64,000 bases of DNA from Ylistrum balloti (lineage: Eukaryota), in NCBI RefSeq assembly GCF_031769215.1, contig NW_026782002.1, forward strand, positions 62,001 through 126,000. Direction: 5' to 3'. Both the position numbers and the translations under genes were made by a program. The notes beneath the pieces were generated by a model. That model worked only from the letters and a program-made list of their open reading frames with translations, was not told where the DNA came from and did no database searches. Positions 1 to 25,200 of the stretch are shown here, piece after piece (position 1 is the stretch's first letter; each line of letters opens with the position of its first letter).

Positions 1-652
1 AAACAGAGATATATAGGATTTGACTTACTGCTGTTTCCTTCTGTCTTTGATTTCTTCATAGAAAATGTCCAATTTTGATTTTAAAAGCAGGGTCATAAAT
101 GGTCACTCTCTAGTCCCTCAGACTTCACAAACTCAGTCTAATTTCAGTGAAAATTTTGTTTTGCCTCCCAGTTGAAACAAGGAATTATCATTAGTAGAGA
201 ATGAATTATCATGTTGTGTCTGAGCGTTTATATAATGTAGAATATGACCTGCTCAATTTGTTTGATTTCATTGAATAGTTTATAAAGCTCTTCCTTAGAT
301 TTCGCAGTTTGGTTTGACTATGAGTTAATCATATCATACGAAAGAATTTTATGTAAGTCAGAATTGTCACTCAGTCTGTAAGATATTCATTGCATTTTTA
401 TTATTTTTTTTTCAAATTTAATTATGATAATTGAAATAGAATTTCATTTTTTGTGTACTTTGGTTTTTAGCCCACCATTTTGTTTTGTATCCTTGATTTC
501 TGATTTTGTATAACTCAACTTGCTATGTAAATTGGATTGCTTTGTATTTAATGATGTTAGTAATAAAAAACTATTGTAGACTATCTCAGGTTCAAGTGTG
601 AACTAAGAATTTTGATAAGGGGAGATAATTCATTTTATCTACTGTCTTTCAG

Positions 653-12683
<12,031 letters not shown>

Positions 12684-15600
12684 ATAAAAGGTCATAGAAG
12701 TATAGAACAGTATAATTATGAAAATCATATTTGATGAATTGTGAGCACAATATTTTTGATACCTGTATTTGTGTGAGAAGTAAGATGTAACAGGCTCTGT
12801 AACACTTTTAGTATTGTTTTCTGTAGTCATCAGTTTTATCGTGCAAACTTCAATACTCATGCAGAGTCACCATAGAAAAATATGCAGCATCTTATTAATA
12901 TTCATTTTGAAAACCTTTGACCTAGATATTATAATATCAGGAGGGAGGGACATATCATACAGCTATTTTCAAGCCAAGAATTATTTTATCTTGTGAGGAC
13001 AATCCAGTCTTATGATTGGTCAAAAATTGTAGCACAGCACCTGTGACAAGGTCAAATTATTCTGACCTTCTCTGGACTTTTATATATCAGCTTGGAGTTG
13101 ATGACCTCCAGGCCAATATATGAAAATTGATCTTACATCAGAATAATTTGAACTATGACATGCTAGATTGGGTTATGGGCTGCTATATTCACCTCGTGTG
13201 CATGGATTATGTCTGTTTTAGTAAACACCACAATATATCTAGACCTATTAAGAGGTGTTTTGACCAATCAGCATGTGGAAAAGTGAGTAATATAATTGCT
13301 AATATTTTAACTTCAGCAGAGAAGAAGTAGGGAAAGGGTGAGTAACAAAAGTTCTAAACTTGGTGTTTTCAGAGTTAACCCTTTATGTCAAACTTGTCGC
13401 TTAATAAGTTAAGAATTAAGCTGTACAACATAAAGAATTTATTTCTTTAGTAAAATGAAAATGTCTGAATGCTGCTTTTTCAAAATTTAAAACTTTGAGT
13501 GAAATTAGGATTCTTCCTTGTAGATAAACAGACTTGAAAAGTCTCATTTCTTTATCTAGTTAAGTTTTGTACAAATGTATATGTCTGCAGTTTGAAAAAC
13601 AAAAGTATAAAGAATGAGATGCTAGCATTAGAGGTGAATTTGTGAAATGAAATTTAATTTCTTATGAATATTATGCATCAATTTATTTATCTTTTTTTTG
13701 GGGTGTTTTTTTTTGTCATGTTGCTTGGAAATATCAAACAGATACAAGACAAAAGGGAACTTCTATCCTCATCTTTACTAGTTATGTACTTAAAGTTGCA
13801 TTAACTCATTTTCTCAAAAAGTACTATTACTTAGCAAGCGACTTTTGCCTAAAACAAGATTACTTTGTGAACAGCTCAAATATGATCAATGGACTAGCTG
13901 TCTGTTTAATTACATTTTTGTTTTAAAAAGACATGAATTTTTAACAAATGGTGGGAATCAAATATACATTGCAGCAGTAACCTGCAATAATATTTATTCA
14001 TATCTGACAAAATTATTTTCAGTTTTTTACTGTTAGAGAACTAAAGTCCTTTAAAGAAGACAAAGAAGGGAGGTAATGACATACAAATTTTAGTTCCTTT
14101 TCTTCGTCTTCTTTGTTTCTTTGTATTGTTCATATTTGATATAAACAAATGTCATTCTCTTGCCCAAATCACTGGCTGTATCTGGTATGTTATTTCTGTA
14201 GTGGGGATTGGATCTTGGTGTCTTTACTGGGTTTCAATCACTTGTGGAACTTGTGTGTTAAACCAAAGTAAAATAACATACAACCTTTGTATACAATACA
14301 CTGAAATTAGATAAGACTCCAGAAGTCTTTCTGAAATCGCATTAATCAAATCCTTTTTCTCTTCGTGAATTTTTTATTGTATACATGTAATTAAAAAATT
14401 GTTTGTGCGTTTGATTTACCTGATGAAAATGAGATTTTTTAAAAATACATTTGTATTATCATTGTATTTACATATATTTGTATGCACTGAATTTTATTCA
14501 TCATGCTATTTACTTACTAGACATCATATCAAAAGAAATTTATTGATTTACTGGAATTTTTTATCCATTATATTTTAAGATTTATGATGGTTGTTCATCA
14601 TTTTACCTGCATTTTTTATCCGACAGTCTGATCTTTCAGTTTGAACACTGTCTTCCAATTTATCATTATTTTATCGGGGTAGGATGAAATATGATGTTCA
14701 GATGCATAGCTTTGTCATTTAAAAAACATTTAAGAACATGAAATTGCTTACTTGGATTGACCAATAATTGACATGGCGAGTATCAGTGTTGAAAGAAAAG
14801 ATGCTTACCCTTCTGGAATGCCTGGTCTTATTCTCCTCGTATTTTTTTTCAGGAGTCTTTGTACATCTTGCTTTTGTTCACATTTGCCCTAGTTTCATTG
14901 AATTTGAGTTTAAATTAAGTTTCTTTTGACATGTTGGTACTTTCTTTGTTGCTTTTATAATGATCAGAAATTCTTTTAAGGTGATCAGTTCTTAAACCTC
15001 AAAAGCATTTCTGCATATTTCATATACCATGCTTTTTCAGAAGCGCAATTCAATAATTTGATTTATTTTATTTTAAAAAATTGTGAAACATTTTAAGAAC
15101 ACTCTCACAAGTGGGTATTCATCTCTGATGAAAAAAATTTTTTTATCATTGACGAGGTACATTGTGTGAATGATATTTGTAAAATTTACGTTTTGATTAA
15201 TGATTGTATACAATTTACATACCGGTATTTCCTTATTTTGTTTTTTCAATATTTTTTTTTTTTAAAAGCACTTATACATGTATTGAACAATCTTGACTAA
15301 TTTGTTTTTTCATATATTACAACTCTGTGTTGGACATTCAGCGCAGGACCTTGATTTACTTCGCCCAAATATTCTGTTGATGAACAAATATGTTCCAAAT
15401 CTGAGCACACTATTTTTCTTTTCAGTTCAAATGTCTTGTCTGGTGGCAATATTTCACATCTTTTCATTAGTTAGAAAAAAAAATAAAAAAAGACTGAATC
15501 AAAACCTATAAAAATCATTATACATAAAGTAAAATGAATGATAAAAATGCATGGTTAGTAAGTGTAACATTATACATCCATTGTTTTCCTGTTTGTGATT

Positions 15601-16427
15601 AAGGTGCTGGAGATGGACATTACAATCGCTGGGCATTATTGATTTCTCTTGGGTTGATGCTATATATCTTATGATTCCTTGTCACATAAATTGATAACAT
15701 TAATTATATATATGTATATTTAACTAATGAAGTATGTTTTAATCCAGTATGATTTGAAACTTGAGGGTTGATAAAGAACAGTATAATAACAAGAACATGT
15801 GCTGCAAGTCATGTGATTAATGTGTTAAAACAGTGTCAATGATTTCTTTATCACATTTCTGTCACATCTCTTTTCCTGGATGTTTATACTTTTTTATGCT
15901 TAGACAATGATTTGTTTCTTTTTCTTTTCTAATGCTATTTTAATTGTGTGGACCATTATTTCGCTTTCAAAGTGACATCAGGTTATTTGTGAAATGTTTG
16001 TCACTTTTAATTAAAAGTTCATTAAATCTTCATTTGAAATAGAAAGAAAGAAATTTATCATTCTGCTGCTGTAAACTTTCCAAGAAAGTTTCAACAAAAA
16101 GAAAAAGAAAAAAAAACTACGGGTATGTAGGTGTTTATTGTGGATTATACAAGAAAGATTATTTTTTAAAAGGCAAAAGGTTCAAATTAATTATTTATTA
16201 CAATACATTGATAGTTGTATGGTACTTATCAGCTGTGACAAGTTCTTACACTTTATTCAACTATGATCGATATATATTACCTTAATAATTATACCACATA
16301 TATGATACCGAGTAAGTGATTTGATGTATCAGACCTAAAAATTGTACTTTTTACAAAGCATGGTCATGTTACAGGTCACACAGTCGTTCTGTTATTAAAA
16401 CTGATTTTGAATCATTACGACCAACAA

Positions 16428-16912
16428 GTTTACTTGACTGCCAACAAGTTTGGTTTACTTGACTGCCAACAAGTTTGGTTTACTTGACTGCTAACAAGTT
16501 TGGTTTACTTGACTGCCAACAAGTTTGGTTTACTTGACTGCCAACAAGTTTGGTTTACTTGACTGCCATACTTGACTGCCAACAAGTTTGGTTTACTTGA
16601 CTGCCAACAAGTTTGGTTTACTTGACTGCCATACTTGACTGCCAACAAGTTTGGTTTACTTGACTGCCATACTTGACTGCTAACAAGTTTGGTTTACTTG
16701 ACTGCCAACAAGTTTGGTTTACTTGACTGCCAACAAGTTTGGTTTACTTGACTACCATACTTGACTGCCAACAAGTTTGGTTTATTACTTGACTGCCAAC
16801 AAGTTTGGTTTACTTGACTGCCAACAAGTTTGGTTTACTTGACTGCCAACAAGTTTGGTTTACTTGACTGCCAACAAGTTTGGTTCACTTGACTGCCAAC
16901 AAGGTTTACTTG
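16428..16912. repeat. 25-bp minisatellite (acttgactgccaacaagtttggttt) interleaved with a 12-bp truncated unit (acttgactgccat)
   Basis: Directly visible tandem structure in the intergenic region. Confidence 0.95.
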
Positions 16913-18226
16913 AATGCCCACATGGTTGTTTAACTTGATTGTCTACACAGTGGATTAGCTGTTGTTGACATGATCTAAAATGATCCCATTCTTTTGTGTA
17001 TCTATTAAACTAACATTCAGAGTAAACAAGTGAATAAAGTTATGTCCATGTTTTCAATTGTTTTTATGATATTTCAGATAATCTGTACTAACATATGGTC
17101 CTGTTAAGTTCATAACTGAAAGAATTACAGCAGTAAAGATTTCTGAGTCTGCCTTTCATATTCCTGATACTTCCCCGATTAAAGTGTTGTCCCACAGAAC
17201 CTCATGTGAAGATCTGCAGGGCGTGGTTTGATGCTCCCTGGCTACACAGTTTGTGTTTCTCAGGAAGCTGTGAAACAGATTGGTCTGTGCTGATATGGTT
17301 GTATTCTTTGACAAGACATGTTACCCTTATTGCTGTGGATGGGATGAGATATTCTTGTGTTGTTCAGTGTGGTAGCTACCAGCTACTACAAGGAGACCCT
17401 GTCTCAAAATGACACTTACTGTTCAAGGGGTAATAACCCAGCTAAACAAATCAAAAACACTTATCAGAGATACGAAACAGACTCGGAAGAACATTTAAGA
17501 TTTAGATGAGAAACACATGATTTAACAGAATTTGTTATTTGATAGCATGAATATTCAAATTAATTATTAAAGTTTTTTACAGACTACCACATTCCTTGTG
17601 GTACTGTGTGTGTAATTGGAGTGAAAAAAAATGCAAGGCCAAACCATGATTCAAATCCTTATCCATCGATCTCTTGATGGATGGTCTACCAATCAAGCTG
17701 TTTGCCGAAAATCGACGAAGTCAAATTATGCTACATTCCACTCTCCTTTTATGAAATATTCTCACCCAATAACAACTATTCATGAACTAAATGTGTATTT
17801 ACATTATATGTACAAGCCACACGATCACGACTAGCTCCTTTTAGACTTGCTCTGTATCTGTACGTGTCGGGATGTTCATTATGTTGTTGTGCCATTTGGT
17901 TTCTTCCTCTTTGGAGAAATATATAGCTGATAGGTCTACAAAAGTCTCATGTTTTTCGTAAAATTGAATTAATCTTGATTATAACAATAGGTTTTCACAG
18001 ACATTGTCAATAATCAAAACAGATAGAGATAGAAAAAATCAAAAGTGATCAAAGTCTAAAATACTTTATTTATAGCAAATTTCAAACCTTAAGCTACATA
18101 GAGGTGCTACAAACACATAAGGCAGATCATTTCATACTTGATAATACAACACATCAGAACCATTGCCAACACAGAAGCAGACATACTCCACAGAATAAAC
18201 AAGTTGAGTTCTGCATTTTTACCTGA

Positions 18227-18499
18227 TTGTTAACCCCATTTAGATCATTGTTAACCCCATTTAGATCATTGTTAACCCCATTTAGATCATTGTTAACCCC
18301 ATTTAGATCATTGTTAACCCCATTTAGATCATTGTTAACCCCATTTAGATCATTGTTAACCCCATTTAGATCATTGTTAACCCCATTTAGATCATTGTTA
18401 ACCCCATTTAGATCATTGTTAACCCCATTTAGATCATTGTTAACCCCATTTAGATCATTGTTAACCCCATTTAGATCATTGTTAACCCCATTTAGATCA
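18227..18499. repeat. 13 perfect copies of a 21-bp unit (ttgttaaccccatttagatca)
   Basis: 273 bp = 13 x 21 with no mismatches seen. It produces the spurious LLTPFRS ORF. Confidence 0.98.
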
Positions 18500-18755
18500 T
18501 CTTAAACATTTTCAAAATAATCTTCATTCACCCATGATAGATCAATTTCAGTTCAAACACACAGAAGACATTGAAATCTTGCAAAACATTAATTTTCACT
18601 AAGACTTCAGCAATCACAGACATTGCAACATTTCATAGTCTCATAATTAACATTTTTGACCTACCAGTGATACGCACTTTTGCCCCTACATAAAGGTATG
18701 TCTGGGGTGACATAAAAATATATAGAATATTTTGACAGCTTACACATCAGCTTTG

Positions 18756-21180
18756 TCAAATCCTTATGACCTCGGTTTCCTGTTGAACTAAATTATCTCT
18801 TCGCTTAGTGAGTGGAAGATGAGGAAGTCGCAAATTTGGATAGATCACATTCCCTCTCTCAGTATAAAGTTTTTCGCCCTCTGATCCAAGAAGTGTTCGA
18901 AGACTTATATTTTTCTGTATTAATTTCTCATAGTATTCGATTCCACCTTCTATTAATTCTTTTTCAACAAAGCTTTGGTCAATTCTTGCATCCCGCATCC
19001 TGAGGTAGTTATCCATGCCAACCCTAATCCATACCAGACTCACAGCATAAGTAAATAAATGTGCAAACACCACCATTGGTAACAGTAGATTTGGCTTTAA
19101 TCTTTTGTTCTTCTGCAATAGGATTTGTATATAATATCCAAAAGTGCCGCCCATGGTTAATAACAGTAAACCTAATCCCAATACAACATTCTGATGATGA
19201 CTATTCACACACTGAATTTCACGCAAAAATGCGAATATCTTCGCCTTTTCACTTAATATCAAGGATGCTTTAAGGTCTTCTATAGCTTTGATATCTTCTT
19301 CCGTTTTAACAGCATCACAGCATACATCTGCTACAGTAACAACACTGTAATCTGATGACTTTGGCAGACCATAAATATATTTGTGGAATTGCTTTACCCA
19401 TTTTGCTAAAACAGTGCCAGCTTTCTTGCAAAGTGAAATGTCGACAGTCTCAATGTCGTCGGTGTTGGAGTATCGCCACGAGTATGGTACTCCTACAGCA
19501 CCGCCCAAACTAGTTCGTATGGAACCTACACTCTCTGCTTCTGAACTGATGGTAACATACGGAGGCCGTAACAAGGGAACTGTTCTTCCTGGAGCTATGT
19601 GTGATTTCATAGTCTCACTGACAACCTAAAAATATCAAAAGGACAATGACTATTACTGAAATGAAAACTATTTTAAAACACTCTCACACACATGTGTATT
19701 GCTATAGATTAAGATTACAAACCAAGGCCCACCCACTAACTCCAAGTAACATGCTAATGAATACTCTTGTATCAGGACAAATAAAAATAGGAAAGTAGAA
19801 CAAACATTTCCCGATCAAAATGCTATGAAGAACGACAAATTTAAGGTCCTTATGACAATCTCCAGACAAGATTACTGGGAGGCAATAATTTCTCCAAAAT
19901 CATTTGAATCAAACTCGAGAAAAACATTGTTCATGTATATGGTAATTATTATGCCTCCTAACTTTAAATGAGACTGGTTGAAAACTGAAAAAGCAGACTA
20001 TGAAGACTGAGAAAAAACAAAAGCAAAAGTTTTTCTGAAAGAGTTGTATTGACATGACATTCAGGAAATAACAGATGTATCTTATGCTGATTAAAAGCAT
20101 ACCAAGTTTGAAAGAGAACGTTGGAGGAGATCTTGGGACAAATAAACATTTAAAACAAACAGACTACACCATACTATAATATGTCTAGTCAAAATGTTTT
20201 AGCAGGTGTATAAAATGTAAGGCCCCCTGTGTTTATTTCCAGCTATAAATATTGTATGTTTTAAGAAAACACTGCAATCGCAATATGATCAAGTGCATTT
20301 ATTTTCACCATTTATTTGTTATGGATGAAATAAAAAAAACCTTTTTGAAGTAAGAATAGTTGCTAAAATTGTTAATCCTATTAGCAGAGAGTTTGTTTAG
20401 TAACATGTTCTTGAAATTGATTGCGTAGAATTTATTTTACACTTTGCTGAACAGGGATAAATACTTATTTGATAATATGCAGCATTAGTCATATACATAA
20501 CTGGCTAGACGCGTTAATTTTGTGGGATTTTTTTTTGGGTGAATACAGAGCACCATTTTTGAAATTTTGACAAGTTCAGTTACATTGAGACATAAGTGGT
20601 TCCTCCAAATTTAAGTGATTCCACAGGAAAAGGATAAGATGTCCAGGACTCAAATATTTCAGTCCTAAACTTCATTGTTCAGACCTCTGCTAATGTAACT
20701 CAAGGATTTCAGACAGTTAGTGAATTATGAAAAAAAAAAATCCTGTAGTTATTGGCTTCAAATAAACACAATTGCAAAATTGATTGGTTAGGGCCAAGGA
20801 AGCTTTGCACAATTCATATGGGATATTTCTGTGTTAGGATTATATAGAACTAGGCACATTCTTACAATATTTAATAGTGTAGTCAACATCTTTTTATGGG
20901 CTTGAAGTACAGGAAAGTGTGGTGGACCTTATCAACCTTTCAGACTTAAGTTAATTTTCTAACCTTTCCACATGAGATAAGAACGTACCTCCTGTGACAT
21001 GCTCAGTGTTTTCTTGTCCACCTCTATAGGTTTACCCGACCTCTGGTGGAGCGAGATGTTTTCCCGTTTTTCATCGATGCTATAAAATGTAAAAGCTCCG
21101 ATGCCAACCCAAACATTACCCAGAAAAACATGTGCATATGCTGAGTTTGCTCTCCAAAACTCTAAAATTCTGGCAGCCAT
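18756..21180 (-). CDS. TMEM177: Transmembrane protein 177 (mitochondrial inner membrane, COX20-associated), ~353 aa, 2 coding exons
   Basis: Exons 21180-20989 (MAARILEF...SMSQE, donor GTACGT) and 19625-18756 (VVSETMKSH...stop), joined in phase 0. The C-terminus GGIEYYEKLIQKNISLRTLLGSEGEKLYTERGN..LPHLPLTKRRD and SLILSEKAKIFAFLRE match the TMEM177 signature as I recall it (GGVEFYEKLL..N.ALRSLLG..GEKLYT.SGN; LTLSREAQKFALARE). The probable upstream exon has its donor at 21984/21983 and could add one in-frame Met. Confidence 0.88.
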
Positions 21181-21983
21181 CTGAAAAACAATATCAAGCA
21201 TTATTTTTTCCCCTTCTTCAATAATCAGAATCCAAGTTTTTTTAAGTATTTAGTGTAAAATTAATCTCGTAAGAAACATGAAACAATGGTAACACTGCTA
21301 AATTACATACATATATCAGTGTTGTCATTTAAAGCTAGATAAGCAGGTATAAGTATTCATAAACTCTGAACCAGATTTATTTCAGAAAATGTATTGAATG
21401 ATACTTCAACAAATTTATATTCAGTAGGCTATTTTTTAAAGATCATCTTCTCATTTCAAATTTTAATAAAAACACTACAGGTATAACATCAAGCATGCAC
21501 ATTAATGTAGATATAGGATCATACATGAGATTAATAGAAGAAGCAAAGATATTTTCAGAAACAATGTAAGTCTTTTTATCATATTCTGCATGTTTTTCCA
21601 TGTCATCCTTGATTAATATCTATTCAGAGCATTGTCTGAACTAATCCCTATTGGGACTCCTCTCTGGGACTCATTTATTTCGAAGTTTGACAATAAGGGG
21701 GATTGTCAAATACATAAACGAGTCCCAAGGCGGAATCCTCCAAGGGGTCATTTCCAATTTATTCCAGTCATAAGACACTCTATATCTATTCAGATTATTT
21801 TCCTCTAGTCTTGTATGAACATCTTAAGCTTTCGAGCGATTCATTAAAAATTACACAGCTGTGAGCTGCTATTTCTGATTTCAATTATAAAGATAATTAT
21901 TGCTTCTTTGTGGCTACTTCTTTGCTGACATGAGTATATTCATTTCGATGCAATAACGTTTTTACATTATAACAACTGTTTAC

Positions 21984-22240
21984 CATGTGTTGGGCTGAAA
22001 CTATCAAAATGGTCCTTCAATATATCTCTGAAGTACACTTCATGACGACATAGCATTTCGAGATCAACATCTGACCTTTCCCAATCAATCTTGCATCTAC
22101 ATGTATCTTGCACATGTAAAGGACCAATCGGCGGTTTCAGTGTAATAAGAACGCTTAAGCAACAAGCTTTTAGACGTTTCGGTAAAACAACTACGTAACC
22201 CAGACGTACGGAAGCTTTACGACTTCCGCAACAAACAAAA
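21984..22240. promoter_or_regulatory. Bidirectional promoter shared by TMEM177 (-) and WFS1 (+)
   Basis: Local CpG enrichment against CpG-poor flanks; CCAAT boxes at ~22082 and ~22124; inverted ETS cores CGGAAG 22209-22214 and ACTTCCG 22222-22228; YY1-like CAAAATGGC over the WFS1 ATG. The genes are divergent. Confidence 0.7.
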
Positions 22241-25200
22241 TGGCTGAAAAGAAGGACTCGTCTGCTGCACCGTCTAAACAAACTGAGGTTCCCGAAGTTT
22301 CTAAAGGTTTGTAATGGACATGAAACAATTAAAAACATGTATCAATCGATTCTTTGAAGGCAAATGAATGCTACATTCTGATAGCATGCGGTACTAGATG
22401 TGGAGTGATGTTTTACTGAAAAACTTTTCACATTGTCCGCAAACCGGCCCCTGACTTGAATCAGACAGCTATGATCACAGAAGGCCGGTGATTATTGAAG
22501 CGTGAAATATATTGACATGCTTTTTGACTGAGTCAGCATTATTAAATTAATGTCGTGCAATAACTATAAACAATCCCTTGTCTTGAGAGGTTCACTTGTT
22601 AACAATATTCTGCAATCCTTATACCGATATAAACAAAAATAAAAAAAAAATAAGAGCAACATTAATGTTGTATGCGTCTAACAACCACCATCCATACATT
22701 ATTATTTAGCTATCGGGTCGGAGATAAGTCCAGATTCCACTATAGTAGTAGTCCGCTATTATAGCTGTATTTAACAATGTTAACATTAAACAGGACAGGT
22801 TGGGTACGTATTTCTAATAGTATAAGTAAAAATTCAAAGAAATCTATCCAAAAAAATGAACAATGCACATAAACCTACGCAGAAAGGATATGAAACATAT
22901 GTATATAAGATCATACATGTATATAAGATCAATAGCTAGATTAAAAAGGAAATGTAAAAATGTCATCAGATGGTGTGTTCTACATATGATAGCTTAGAAC
23001 CATTTCAGGCAGTGGTACCACTATGTCTCTGAGATCAAGTTTCTTACATAATTTATGAATTAGACATGTGAAATACTTTTCACTCTTAAACATTTTATGA
23101 TTACAATAAAAATTCATTAGAATGTTTACGTAAACTTTAATACAAAACAACACTGGCTAGTGTAGAGGTAGCTTTTTATGAAAAACTTAATTTTTTGCCA
23201 AGCCAATTACATATACCATCTCTTATCATGATAGTATCTGTGATTGGTTAAGTAAAAATTTTTTGGATCAAATATTTGAGTCCTGGACTCATGCTTTTCC
23301 TGTGGGACTTGCTCAAATTTTGAGAACCAACTATATCTCTTAGTATTGGGACTCCTTACAATTTTGGAATGAATGTTCTGTACTCGCTTGAAAAAGAAAC
23401 CCTACAAAAATTACTGATGTTAGAATTGAGACTACTTCATGATCCTCCGCCCTAGTCTCTGTAGTGGATTTCAGTATTAGTGTACTGACAGATCTCAGAA
23501 GTGATTCTGGCACTTCTGAACTTGATTAGATATTTTATGAAAACCTGTGGTTATTACATGTAAATATTCACTAGTATTGTTGTTAATTTTTTAAATCAGG
23601 CTACACTAATGTACACAAAGTAATGTGTATTCACCCTAATGTAAATATACTGAGATACAAGTACAGAAAGGGAAAGACAATCCATTAGAAATCTTAAGTA
23701 ATATCTGTAGCTCTTTCCTATCTCATAGACAGAGAATTTATATGAACTCAGTTCTAATTAGTATAACACTTATAGCCTTATAGATGTCCTATTATGCTTA
23801 GAGTAAAAAGTTTTTAAGAACTTGGACGAAAAGTAAAACAGAATAAAAGATTTTAATGTACATTTATGTTAAATCTTTCGTTTTTTTGTGCAGAAACTTT
23901 AAATCAGTGGGAGACAGAAGCCAAGGATGGTAAAGATGAAAGTCAGGTGAAACTGGGAGACTATCTTCTGAAGCTTGCTGATTCTGGAATAGAAAGAGAG
24001 GAGAATGCTCAGAAAGCTATACATTGGCTTGTGCAGGCATCAAAGCAAGGCAATGATGATGCTACCAAAAAGCTGGGAAAATGTCTCAAAACAAAAACAG
24101 GTAGGAACTGAGTTCAGTTAGATTGAACTGCTAAAGCATAACAAAATTATGTTGCTTCCTTTTATCCTTCCAACCCTATCTTTTTTATTTACTCTAAATG
24201 TGTTATTGTAACTTTAAAAGAAGCATCATTAGAATTATATTTACCTACTTGCTTTGTTCATAACCCATCTGAAAAAAATCAGAATGGCTGACTGACAGAC
24301 AGCCATCTTGGATTTAGATAGTTGTAGTTTGTTATGGTTATATTTTACATGAGAAGTACTGGATTAATTAAGGGCCTTTTGTTCAATATTGAAAATCTGA
24401 CAAGGTTCATTTGACTGGAATTATAGGCCTCTAGTCCAACATAGACCAGATGAGGTTCATTTGACTGCAGTTATGGGCTTTCTGTTAGATACATAATCGG
24501 ATGAGGTTCATTCGACAGAAAATGGGGATAAGGTTCATTTAACAAGACTTATGAACCTTGTGTCAGATTAAGTATATGACAAGGTTCTTTTGACTTAGAG
24601 GTATGGACCTTTTGTCAGATGGGGTTCCATGGGGTTCCTATCAAACTACAGCGTTGAATCCCTCAGAGGACTTGATTTGGTCTTGGGTTCTATATTTATA
24701 TCATCAGGCCTTTTGTGAGTTGCTGTTTCAGTACAATCTCAAGTTCTAGTGTGGAGTTTTGGGCCTTGTGTCAGCTGGTGCTCTAGATACTGATCTGTGA
24801 GAAAAGATATCTTTTTTTTGTTTTTTGTTTGTTTTGTTTTATTTCAAGATTTAGTAATTTGACAAAAGTTTCCTTCTTTTAAGTGAAGCATGGTAAAACA
24901 TCTGATTTTTTTCAATAAAAACAATAATTTTCTGTCTAGTTATATTATAAACCCTTTCTAGGTTTGTTCCACTTGCATTTTGAATTTGAATTTGAATTGT
25001 TCAAACATTAGACTGCATGTATAACTATTGATAAAGATATTGGTGTCACAATAATTGCTCCAGGTGGTCACTGTTCTCATCAATGTAAAATGCTGTGGGA
25101 AGCAGGCTATAAATGACCATCGTAAGCAAGTGATACCATCAAATTATACACATACATGTCACTTTATAAGCATTGATTTAGTGTCATTTTTCTCTCATTT

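Noticed and set aside
14150-15460. Possible minus-strand exons (15459-15360, 14888-14809 and ~14230) that join in phase
   Set aside because: The acceptors lack polypyrimidine tracts and the peptide is unrecognisable; consistent with chance.
18227-18505. 92-aa LLTPFRS-repeat ORF
   Set aside because: Artefact of a 21-bp (3n) tandem repeat with a TTG start.
21967-22338. 123-aa minus-strand ORF
   Set aside because: It spans the promoter and is antisense to WFS1 exon 1, with no recognisable homology. Only its distal part is kept, as a possible uORF.
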